The translations under genes and the position numbers were made by a program. From positions 6,200,001 through 6,264,000 of the forward strand of contig JBHGNT010000015.1 in the NCBI GenBank assembly GCA_043228905.1: 64,000 nucleotides of DNA. Reading direction: 5' to 3'. This DNA is from Azolla caroliniana. Its lineage: Eukaryota; Plantae; Polypodiophyta. Numbering within the stretch: the stretch's first letter is position 1; each line of letters opens with the position of its first letter. Below the pieces are notes generated by a model, which saw only the letters and a program-made list of their open reading frames with translations, did not search any database and had not been told where the DNA came from. Shown here piece by piece: positions 1-12,100 of this stretch.

Positions 1-1779
1 TGTAGACAAAAAACCTATAACTATTTGACGAATGACAACATACATTTGCCCTATTGATCGTTTTAAAGTACGTGCTAACTTAAGCCTATACCCTGGTAAG
101 ACATCATGCATGAATTGTTTAAAACCTAAGGACTCAACATGGACATGAGGCAACATTTCTGTGATTATATATTTTGTGACAACGCTATCAATTTTCTTCT
201 CTAATGTGCGAGTTATTAGAAGCTTGGATGTATCTAAGGGATTTTGGATCATAGACATTGGACTCATACTTGAGGAACTATGTGGCTCAGATGTGCTATT
301 AATGTGATGTTTTTCTAATAAATGTTTTGTTAGTGTACCCGTGGATGTATTAGTTGACCAAGTACTAGAGCAATGTGAGCATCGATGGCGGGGCACACCA
401 TTATCTATGATATTTATCGTGTGTCGGTCTGTCCATGAAGTTCGTTGTCTCTTTGATCTTCCTTGAGATGTTTGACTTGTAGAAGCCGAGGACATTGTGT
501 TTGGGGATGATAGAGTGTGCATTGAAGGGGCATCCACACTTAACTCCATGTTCTATGAGGAATTAGAAAACAGTATCGGACAATGAAGTCATAATTAGTT
601 GTATAATAAGATGATACATATAAAATCAAGGCCATAGATTACTCAAGATATTTAAGGAGATAGATCTTAACATGGAATATTTATAAGAGAACATAGATCT
701 TGATTGAAAATAGTACAAAATCCAATGCATATAAGGAATCAAAAGACGTGGATTATGATGCTCCTGAGCATTTGCGGCTTATTCCTAAGCACCTTCCACG
801 AATCATAAAAAAAGGTTTAAATAATTTATCACATAGATTCAACGAATCATAAAAAAAGATTTGATAATGACATGATAGCGTTGGTTAAAAATAGTGGCTA
901 TTCATGCCAAATCACCATTGACACCTTTTATCTACCTATCCCACCAGTATGTCTTCTTGATGTACAAGAAATAGGACATGCCAATTGCTGAACGCTTGGC
1001 ATGGTGAGAACATCTTACACGTAGTACAGAAGTCATAAAATAACTATTTCTCACTAACAAATAATTGAAGAGGCAACTCCAAGCTAAACCAACATTTGTA
1101 AAGAAGACCTCTATAGGTTATGTTATCATTGGACGTGCAATCATGCCAAAAACACAAGAAGTGGACCACAATGTTAAACATAAAAGTTGAAAGCAAGACC
1201 ACTCTAAATTGCAGTATGTCATGTTGTCTATAAAGAAGGGAATATACAATGCTTTTTATAGGTTTTGGCAACCAATGACTGTAAGATGAATACAAGGCTT
1301 TTATATTTTAATCGATGTTGTCTTAACACACGAATCCACGATTACAATGGACCACCAAAGATTGTAGAAATACCCTTTGGACCTTCAGAATCGTATTATG
1401 TGGCTCATCCCAATTCTCTAGCTCAAAGAAGTATTTATATGCCTTATATGATGCATTCCACATGAACTATGTTTAGGAAAAATACCTGATTAGTTTGAGC
1501 GCTCACAAACTAGCCTGACCACTGTAGAAGAAGAAGGAGAAGATGATGAAGGAGAGGGAGAAGAACCGCTGCAATCTGTAGAAGAAGGAGAGGGAGATGA
1601 AGGAGAAGCGAAATTAGAATTGAGACTCGTTTGTAGCTACTGTTTGAATAAGAAATAAAAGTAAAAGTAAAAATAGGTATACAAACTAGGTTTTTGAAAA
1701 GCTAGGTTAAATTTGATCACTTTTTCCTAAATTGACATAATTAACCTTCAAAAAATGTGTTGGAGAGAGAAAATTTATA

Positions 1780-1952
1780 AAAGTATCTCATCAAACCGTT
1801 AAACCATTTAAAACCGTTTAAACCGGAACCGTTAAGCCGATGAGGACTCAAACCGAACCGAACTGAACTTGTGTCCCCCTGAACCGAACCGGTTAAACCG
1901 CGGTTTCTCGGTTCGGTTCGGTTCGAACCAAACCGTTGCCGATTGTTACTTA
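1780..1952. mobile_element. AACCG/CGGTT-rich DNA-transposon terminal/subterminal region (hAT-like)
   Basis: Dense direct and inverted AAACCG/AACCGAACC/GGTTCGGTT motifs typical of plant hAT subterminal repeats; partner end not located. Confidence 0.45.
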
Positions 1953-2049
1953 GTAGGTTGTCTTCTATATTGTTAGACAATAAGGCCTCAAGTGTTCCTA
2001 ACTTATCCAAATATCCACAACAACCCTAATCTTACAGTAACAATCATGC

Positions 2050-3339
2050 AAAGAGTTTTGCAGACTTGGCAAGGTTTACTCCCACCAGTGCAATTAGACA
2101 ACACAACGAGAGAAAATAAGAACTCGATTGCACTGAAGCTTATACCCCAAAGCTGGATGTACAACATTTAGTTGAAGTTTATGATTTTTAACGCTTTTGT
2201 GTGGATGGTGATGGGACTCGATGTAGGGTTCTTGCTAAGCTTAATGATATAAGTTTTAACCACGTCTTCCTCATCCAAAAAAGTGTGGTCAGTCACAACC
2301 AAACGATGTTGTATGCCAAACAATACTCATCTAGTTCGCAATGGGAGCCACAAACGGATGTAGGCTCTTATTGCATTTCCCAGATGCAGTAATCTATGGT
2401 GCAGAACAAATGCCCTATGATGACCACAAAAGATTGGCTATTGGTAGTTCGATTGAAGAGCAAAAGATATATTGGATGTGGTGCCTTGAGGAAAAACATA
2501 AAAATATTCAGCGAACCAAAAAGTACGTTGGTGATCAGGATGTGGAACGGTGGGAAGATAACTTCTTTAATTATCAACATACGATACTAGATAACCACTT
2601 TGCGGGCTACTGGCCACTACAAAATCAATTCGAATGGAATATTGGTGACCCATCAATGGCAAGCACAACTTGTTTACAACCACTAGATAATCTTGAATTG
2701 AATAATCTAGTTTGTCCACGACAAAGAGATATTTACGTGGGACCAAGATTATCGCATGTTGTAGAGGCGAGATGACAAGGCAATCTACATGAGCTACAAG
2801 TTGGTATGTTGGTAGCAACATTAGTTGGGGGTGATAAGTTGGGTCATCCCTTTTGGATTGTTAAAGTCATTGAAATTATTAAGGATGATGAAGGCAATCA
2901 AATTCAATCCATTGTGGTTCATTGGTATCATACCTCTTCCAAAGATGCATTTACTGGGAAGTACTCGTTAGAGATGGTTAAGGATGTTGGAGGCACAAGC
3001 AAAAAGCGGGGAAGAAAGAATCTACCCAGCACGTCTGCTCTAACACTTGATAATGTTGACATACTCGTGTATGACTTCTCCTTGACCAAAACAAGCCATC
3101 TAAGATAGACTACAATCAAGATAATAAAAGAGAAGATCCCATATGTGCCTATTGACGCAACACAGAGACAAACAAGGAGTATGTCTCATAATCACGGTGA
3201 CGTTGGATTGCAATTGGATGAAGACAATGCATTGGTTGCTAGTGACGATGAGGATGAGACCTCACAAAGCTCTTCTAGTTCATCGGGTGGGTCTGAAGTG
3301 GAATGCGTATCTCTGGGAAGTGATGGTTCTTACATATGA
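2050..3339 (+). pseudogene. Degenerate DNA-transposon gene (QLDNxxRENKN-type transposase remnant with acidic tail)
   Basis: VQLDNTTRENKN at ~2088-2123, then collinear broken ORFs 2341-2775, 2806-3108 (FWIVKVIEII..VVHWY) and 3145-3339. The motif resembles DUF7869/Sola-like transposases (recall, unverified). Confidence 0.5.
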
Positions 3340-3609
3340 AATAAAAATATTGTATGTTACATCAATATGGCGACTCACAAATATGTATAAGTATAGGTGT
3401 TAGTCATTTTGTAATTTTTGTACGTTCTCTTGTAAGTTTCACATGTCGATTATTTAGGCATTGTTTTGAAAGCCCTAAATTTTGGACATGGTATAAATCA
3501 ATATATTTTGATTCAATTTCCAAAACCTTTACGCATGCGATGGTCCTTTTTGTGAAATGACCTACTTTGTGTCTTTTTTGGATGAATAGTTCTTAAATTG
3601 CGACATATT

Positions 3610-4190
3610 ACCTCTTTCAAATGACCCAACGACATATTAGAACTCCTATGGTAGTGCGCTCTCTAGATCCTTCTCGTGACCCATTTCGGCCAAGATCTTC
3701 TAACGAGTCAACATTGGGACCACAATATCCTTACATGGTTGTTGTTGGTGCACTCATGTACTTGGCCAATTGTACACATCGGACATTTCGTTGGCTGTCA
3801 ATTTGTTGGCTTGATATAGTCACGATCCTACCAGAAGACACTGAACTAGAATTAAGCAGATTTTCCGATATTTACGAGGCACTAAAGATATTGGTCTTTT
3901 CATTACCAATAGTTCTATGCACGGTCAATTGACCGGTTATTCTAACATTGGGTTCTTATCTGACCCTCATGTTGACAGATCACAAACAGGATATGTTTTC
4001 CTTGTTGGTGGCACAACAATCTCTTGGCGATTGACAAAGCAAAAATTAGCTGCAACATCTTCAAATCATGCTAAGATATTTTTACCAAAAACTTACCTAC
4101 ATCAAAACATTGGCTGAACATTCCTTCTCTTGGAATCAGAAGATTATCAGAGCTAATGAGCTAAACCAATGATGATGAGATGAGGGGGAG
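3610..4190 (+). mobile_element. Ty1/copia RT-RNaseH 3' remnant (Bianca-like)
   Basis: RSLDPSRDPFRP...PYMVVVGALMYLANCT and GYSNIGFLSDPH..RSQTGYVF..ISWR..Q...ATSSNHA; PPT-like GAGGGGGAG at 4182-4190. Confidence 0.8.
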
Positions 4191-4734
4191 GTATGTCTTG
4201 TGGTCTTCATGTAAATGGTATCTCGACCATATCTTCTAGGCAATGGTACCTCACGTTCCTTTTATCTTTGTAATGTCTACTACATGACAATGAATGACTT
4301 TGAAGCCCCATAGTTGAGGGCGTTTGGTTACTCTTTGGTGTTCTGCTTCAACGAAGGAGAGGCCGAGTAGCGCAAGTGTGTCCACTTTCATCATCCCTCC
4401 ATGTCCCTCTAAAAAAATTCAGTGGTTATGTGTTGGTGAATATTAGACTGATCACAGACAACATTTTGTAGCTTACTCTTTCTCACTATGCCGTTTTAGC
4501 TCTAAGATATACCTACCTAATGTCTTTATGCTTGAGGTATCCAATAATTGGAGAGGGTGGGAGAGGGTCCAATATTTGTTTTCTTTTATCTTGACATAAG
4601 CTAAACATTTGCACGTAAAATGCTACACATCTTCTATCTCTATGTGACATAATCTACATATCCTTTCTTCTGTGGAACTCCATTAGCATGATCATTTTTA
4701 ATCTCAAGTTGGTGCAATGATACTCTAAGCTATC

Positions 4735-5034
4735 TGTTGAGAATCAAGCTCAACTTGGTCTAGTGTGTGAACTCACCTTGAGAGTGAAGAGACACTCCAA
4801 CGGTCAAGAGTCACCATTATGTCACCACTTTGTATTCTAGCATTTAGTATGAGTCATAGAATCATATTCTATGACACATAACTTATGAGCTTTCACATTC
4901 CCCATGCTCCATGAGGCTTGTAGTTAATGAAGAGAGAGGGTGACTACATAAAGCACCCTCCTCCCACCTTGTATAATGTTGAGTCTTTCTCCTTTGTCAA
5001 TATACTTTTACCTTGCGTATTCTCTGTGTTTCAC

Positions 5035-5069
<35 letters not shown>

Positions 5070-5127
5070 CACACACATAACTCACATCTCTTCCGCTTCA
5101 CAAGAATCCATCTCTTGATTCTTTACA
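4735..5127 (+). mobile_element. Solo LTR (copia; start similar to element B LTR)
   Basis: TG...CA termini, TSD CTATC at 4730-4734 and 5128-5132; begins TGTTGAGAATCAAGCTCAACTT like the LTR at 40801. Confidence 0.85.
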
Positions 5128-6649
5128 CTATCCATTGGCAACCCTTAGTGCATGTGGTAAGACCACATCTAGATATTTTGATCGTATAACAAAACCCAAC
5201 TCAAAGAAATGCATGAAATGTTCCTTATGGTAAAACATTTTTAATGGGAATGGATTGGTTGCTCCATCTATGTTGAGTATAGATTTGCTATATTTCTTGG
5301 CGTATCACTTTATTATGGTTCCCATGAGAGATTAAAGTTCTATATGTATCTTGGTTGTACCAAAGAGGGGGTAGGATATTAATGCCTAGGTCGTTTTTTA
5401 AAAGCCAACTTCCATAGAGCGAGTATCTCCAGACTCATAGAGTGATTAAGATGCCTCGAAAGCTTCACATGATATCCTATCTTCTAATTGGATGTATCCT
5501 ATTAATAACTACTGCTTAGAAAAAATGATTCTACTAGATAGGGGGCAAACTGAATTCTGCTCTAATGATTTCATCTAGCATTGATGATTTGCAAAGGATT
5601 TGTCATGATAGCATCGTAACCAATGGTCTCTCTAATTGCGACCACATGAGATGTGGTAGCCTCGGATCCCAAACCATTATTGCATACATGAAGGAAGGGT
5701 TCACTATTGAGTCAAAGAGCTGCCACTTTATTTGTGATTCTTGGAAGTATGCATGGCGGCATTGTCTCTCTAAGAGTGAGGGGGAAACATTTTCTTTCCG
5801 TTGATCTATCTTTTGCCACCTATGTCATCGAAAATCTACCTAAGTGAGCATTAAAATTGACTCCAAGATATACATAAGATACAACTACCTCAACTGGTCT
5901 ATTAAAGAGCGTTATGTTACATTTAGTCCTAACTCAACCAGAGGTGTGGAAGATTTGAATTTTAGTTTCCCCTAGATTCACTACAAAAGTCATCTAAGGC
6001 ATTAAGGTGCCTTTGTAGGTCATGTTCAAACTCAAAAAGTAAAAACTATATCCTCTACAAAAAGCAAGATATTAGCTTTTGTACCTCCTAGGCCTACTCC
6101 ACTCCCTCTTTTACAAGCAATAAAATCGGTAATCTCATAAATGTAAATCCCAAAAAGAGTCAGTGATAAGGGGCAACCCTATTTTACACCAATGGTTGTG
6201 CTAATAAATCAATTGGATAAACGACTCAGACATCATACACGCACAAAGACTTGCTCATATAAGGCAAAGATGGCCCAAATCATGTTATTTGGTCTTTCTT
6301 AACTTTTAAGCCTATCAAGCAACTGCTCTCTAGGGATTGTGAGATGAAAGATACACCATATTACTAGGAAACCTATCAAATATGTTATGGCCACACCCCT
6401 ACGAAACTCCAATTCATCCTCACATTGCACGCATGAAGTCGTCAATCAAAACACACATTTGAGTTGCTCATGCCAATTGAAAAATAAAAATGACATGCAA
6501 CTCAAAAAACAAATGCCGGATCAATCACAATCATAGAACGTAATATTCGTGTTCGTGCAAGCATTCCAACGTTTGGAAACGAAGACGTTTGAAATGGGAA
6601 AAATATGTTCTCCTTTTGTTTTCTTTTTTTTCACTCATTGTTATCATGT

Positions 6650-7025
6650 TTTAGCTTAACTTAGTGGTAGGGAGTCATGCTATATTGTTGTCTATGTCTT
6701 GTGCTTGATTCCCAATTTCCTCATCTCTTTCTCTCTCTCTCATTATTACCATGTCATAGCAAAATTTTAGTTAGTCTTATAATACTTTTTTTCTTTTATT
6801 TCTTTATTATTATAACTAAGCACAACGTAGTGGTAAGTTGTTATACTACTATTACTTGTGTCTTGGGTTCGATTCCCAACTTTCTCATACCCTCTTGTTA
6901 GTGTCATGGCAAAATTTTATGTTAGTGTCATGTTCCTTTTTCTTTCTTTCTTTGTTATTAGCAATTAGCTCACCCAAGTGGTAAGTTGTTATGCTACTAC
7001 TGCCTATGTCATGTTTTCTTCATAT
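6650..7025 (+). repeat. Three degenerate tandem tRNA-like (A-box/B-box) units, SINE-like
   Basis: TAGTGGTAAG...GGGTTCGATTCCC at ~6828-6877, degenerate copies at ~6652 and ~6966; no cloverleaf. Confidence 0.55.
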
Positions 7026-7462
7026 TCTCAAATATACATTTTGATGAGTTTTTGAACGTTTGATTATAATTTATAATGACATATTTTAATTCAATCTCTA
7101 TAGCTCACACTCATTTTTTTGTTCTAAAGTGAGGATGATAGAGATGTCTTGATTCGCATCCCAAAAGTATGCATGTGATACAATGCAAATATTGCAACCA
7201 TACTTATGTTGGTGATTCACAATGGATTAGAGTTCACTTATTAGGATTGAGAGTGAATCAATACATAATATAGACCTTAGTCAATCCAATCCAACTTTGA
7301 GAGGATTTACCATACACGTTTGATTGAATCATTCTCGAATGCAAATGCACATATGATACGTATGGTTCATTCTATGATCACAATGATCATGGAAAAATGT
7401 AGGTAATGTGCTACATAAAATGAGGTAATGCTCATACAATGAATACATAACGTGTTCATTAG

Positions 7463-7680
7463 TTCAATATAAGAGGATGAAACATTGTGGTCATTAGGTA
7501 GTAGTACTTTGACACAAGTTTGCTAAGATTTCTACAAATTCACATAAATACATCATTACACTACTATCAAATTCAATATAAGGGGATGAAACATTGTGGT
7601 CGTTAGCTAGTAGTGCTTTGACACAAGTTTACTAAGAATTCTACAAATTCATGTAAATACATCACTAAACTGCTATCAAA
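7463..7680. repeat. ~108-bp tandem duplication
   Basis: ttcaatataag(a/g)ggatgaaacattgtggtc...tatcaaat occurs twice. Confidence 0.8.
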
Positions 7681-8997
7681 TACAAATTTCCCATTGTGTT
7701 TTCATTGTAGCTCAGTTGTAAATATACTTGAATCTGGTCCATTTCAATCACTCTACAAATCTCCCATTAACAGATTTCTAAGAAGGAACACATGTTGATA
7801 AAAAAATGTGTACAAATTCAAGAATGGGTCAACTTCCAAGAATAAAAATAGGTTTCAATCGAATTTGCACTTGCACCATCAAGAACCAATTCAATAACAT
7901 CCAATGATTATATTTCAGTAAAAAAAGGTTTCGATAAAATTAGGACATAAAAAGCTTGGTACTTCAGTAGAAACATGTTGCGTAGCTCTGCTTTTATTTG
8001 AGCTTAAATTTGTAGCACCTTAACAATGCCTTCAATTCAAAGAAACAAACGCTCTCACAATGGACGAGTCCAAAAAATAAAGGAAACGATGCCACAAGAT
8101 GTAGAGGATTTTAATTCCTATTCACGTCAATTTAAGATATTTTATACAGGGCAAACCAGTATAGACAACATTCACATTGAATCTCGAACTTCAGGCTTAG
8201 ACCTAACAAAAATATACAAACTTTCTATGTTCATAAAGCCAAATTACTTGAAATTTAATCATGAATTGTGCAAAAGCAAAAACAAGTGAATACCTAATCA
8301 AAGAAACAGAAGCTTGCAATGGAAAACAAATTGCTAATTAGTATTGATAAGATTAGCATCAATATCAAAAGATGATGGCAAATAAATAATGAACCTCACA
8401 CATCCATATACGCCTCTGATGTGTGCCCCCTCACACATATGTCATGAGTACCTCCCGCATGATATGAGCAGCTCTTATGTCTACACAACACATATATACA
8501 TAGCGCATTGATCTTATATGGGAAAACGAAAGGTTTGCGGCTAATAATGCAACAATTTTTATTTCTTCTGGCTGAGGCCACCAAAAAACTACATAATAAC
8601 CTAGTGTACAATTATCTCAAATTCTCTCTTGCCCAATGGGAAGCTGGTAGCCAATCCCTGCATCTCTGATCCTACAACGCCAGATTTCTACAAAATACCA
8701 CCAGAAATTGTTAATGAACATGAACTACTAGGAAATCCAGATCCACATGCAAATATTATGATAAATTGTGATCATCATGCAGCTTTACTTGAAAGGATGA
8801 TATGTAGACGTTATCAATTCAGAATCACCTGAAGAGTGCATATAGAGCAGTTTGATGCAGTTTTGACTGCGTAAACTCTTAGAAAAGATCGGTGTAACAA
8901 AGAAAAAACACATACTCTACAACATCTGAGAACTTAGGATGTGATTCGCTTGCCTTGGAACTGTTCTTTAGTTCCCCACAAAAAACAATGTAGTATG

Positions 8998-9136
8998 TCA
9001 CTCTGTAATGACATTTCCATATCTTTGTCTTAAAAACTCATCCAATTCTCCTGGCTTTTGCATACCAGAAGTATCAACTGCATCAGAAGGTAATGCTCTG
9101 ATGCATGTAAGAATGTATTGTATATCATGGTACAAT
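8998..9136 (-). CDS. VPS54: VPS54 last coding exon (18)
   Basis: LYHDIQYILTCIRALPSD...GELDEFLRQRYGNVITE*, TGA at 9000-8998. Confidence 0.88.
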
Positions 9137-12100
9137 CTGATCCAAAAACAATTCGGTCAGTGTGGATCTTCCTAATTAAGTGGGTAAAAAAAAACATGAG
9201 CTTGGAAGTTTACCATACCTTTGTTTAATATTAGAGCTACTCAAGTCCAGCTTTGAGAATGATTCCGAAAGATGGGAGTGGAATACTGCAACCACTCGCC
9301 TGTCATCCAATATGATGGTTAAGAGAAATTTTCCTTTGCAGAAACAAATAGGTATGCTTTATTTTATAAAAGTATAATGTGGCAAAGGAGGACTTACGAA
9401 AAGATAAATTTCACATCAGCTTCTGGAAGTAGCGGAGAAAGAACACGATGTAGAACACCAACCTCCTGTTTGACACATATTTGACATTGATGCATAGCGT
9501 TAGCAGCATTTCAAAAACATTGAACATCTCTTGTTACACAAGCTGGCATTTGCAGACATAAACATAAAGTACCTTAGTTACTGCACGGGCAAACTGACTT
9601 GGTTGTGCATCATTGTCTTCTGATCGCATCCATGTTTCGACTATTTGTGGAAATGTCCGTAGATGTACCATCAATCTCTCCTTCATGATTTGTACTAACT
9701 TCAAGTGGATCTCATCCCTATGCACTTTGTAGTCCTGAAAAAATTTTGCAAAATGCCATGTTGCATTGTGAGGTTGCACATTCAGAGAGATCAAATGCAA
9801 ACCCATGTATGCATCTCATTATTCAAACTGATTCATGGCTTATGCACAAAATGTGATTATGCTTTTTCTGTATACATCCTACAAGCATATGCAAAATCAT
9901 AAAGAAAGAAAGGTGAATTAACTAATTTCCCAAAAACACCTGTTTTGCATGAAATGAAACTTTTTGGGCCATCATGAATTTTTTCAATTTAAACGAAATT
10001 TCTAATTAAATGTAGACAAAACTTTATTTTATGATAATTCAGTTATTACACTAGGCCATTGCGGAGTAAAACGAACTGGGAACAAGTAAGGCCACAGGTG
10101 AATATACGAAAAAGAGATGGCAAAAGACTTTTAAGAGGGAAAAATGCTTGTAAGTCCAAAAATAGGTTACATCTTAAAATATTGTCTCCGAAGCAGTTTC
10201 CATGTCGGGTGACAATGGCCTTTTTCTGTCTATGACAAGGGTGGCGAGGCCATGGAGCCAATGGGCATTGCCTATATGCACAACACATTGCTATTGCCCA
10301 ATCTATTCTACCCCTTTTTCAGTTCCCTGGTTGAAACCCCAGCTATGTGACCCTTAATGGACTTGTAGCATGAGGTGTGATGGAGCCAAAGAAATTTGTG
10401 ATAGTTCTTTGTTAAGGAGTTGATGTGGTTGCATCGTTGTTCTTCCAACAACTTCTCTCTATGTCCCTTGAGTTCTAGCAAGAACAGTCCCAAGCATTGT
10501 CGGTCTTCACATTCCATTATCTTGCAGTGGACCAAAGCCTTATTTGAAGAGGCAGTGGTATTTCCCTCCTTTTTTATATAAGAACAGTTGATATATTGTG
10601 ATAGTGATGTGTGAACACATGTATAGTCAGGGTTTTTTCCTTCTTCAGGAGTTTTTTACCCTAGCACATAAGCATGACACTTACAAATATGGACTGTTGT
10701 GGTCTTCTCCCTTTGTAAAATACAATCTCTCCAATTTCTGATGTTTACTGCTGCTTTTGTGTTTCAATGACAAAATCCAATAGTTGGTGTCAGAGCAGGT
10801 CATCATTAATGCTTCTGTTCACAGTCTCAGCCTACCTGCAGCGTTCTTTGTTCACCTCAGATCGGTGCAACCAGGTTCAAACCAGTGAGCACTCCTGCTA
10901 TAGTCAACTCCACAACTGAGCTACACGTCTCATCGTCTGCTAAAAGTATAACAGCACTCTGCGAGGTATTTCTGCCCCAACCCTCTGTTGAAATAGTCTT
11001 TTTTCCGTTGGGTTATTTGATCAGTTGGTCACTTGCTATGGCTAAAAACAATGACATATTTTGGATGCTGGTTGTTCAGGTTAAATTGGATGAATTTTTT
11101 GTCTGGATTGTAAGGGAATCAATCATGTCCTCAAAAGATGTCCTCAGCTATCTCCAAGAGATGCAAAGGTGGACCCTAGAAGCATCAACTTCTACAACTT
11201 AATCTGTAAATCTTGTTCAAATTATGGCTGTTTTCTGCTCTTTGCAGTTATGGCCCTGCTTCTCATGAGCATTATACGTCTCTAGTAGATCCAGATGTTT
11301 AGTACTTTGATAATGGTGTGAACCAAACATATTGCCTCGCAACGTAATTTTCTCTTCTTCACTTGAGTCTGCCCCTATAAGGAAAAACTGTTACATATGT
11401 TAATTGTATCATATCCTCTGATGGATATTGGTGAAATCATGCTTTCTGCAGTAGATGGTAGTACTTTCAATATTGCAGATATATTTATGCACCATGGATC
11501 AAGAAAAACTATTGTAAGTTCCAACACTGGCCAAGATCTTGCAAGAGTTATTGATGAAAGATGTATTGTGCATGATCTCTCTCACGGTGATACCATCATC
11601 ACATCTTGTATGCTTTCCCGTGGGTTGTATAAGCTCACAAATTATAGCAGAAATATGGTGATTTAGCCTGGGAAGTAAATGATTCACAGACTGTTTAAAG
11701 TTTGCTAGTTTATTGCGGCTGCAAAAATCCAATCTGGTTTCCTCTCCACCTAAACTTGAGGCGCCATTTAAACATGTGTGTGAAGGCAGCATTTTGGGAA
11801 AAAGGCAACTTTTTCATTACCTAGAGATGGTTCAGTGAGAGCTGATGGTAAATTGCAGCTTATTCACATTGATTGCAATCACAATCATTTAGGAACTATC
11901 TGTATTTTGTGACCTTTATCTAGATATGCTTAGGTCTAATCCTGTAAGTCAAAGTCTGATGTATTTTTTCATGCTTTCAAATTTTTTTGGTGATGGTTGA
12001 AAATGATTTATAAATAGATAAATTTGGAACCCTCCATTCTGATCAATGGGGGAGTACGTATCATCTGATTTGCATTTCTTGCTGAATGGGGGATAAAGCA

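Noticed and set aside
6815-6880. tRNA gene
   Set aside because: Only A/B-box-like motifs are present; no acceptor or anticodon stems can be formed.
8290-8830. Additional VPS54 3' exons
   Set aside because: The CDS terminates at 8998; splice-like sites here could be 3'UTR introns but cannot be supported without transcripts.
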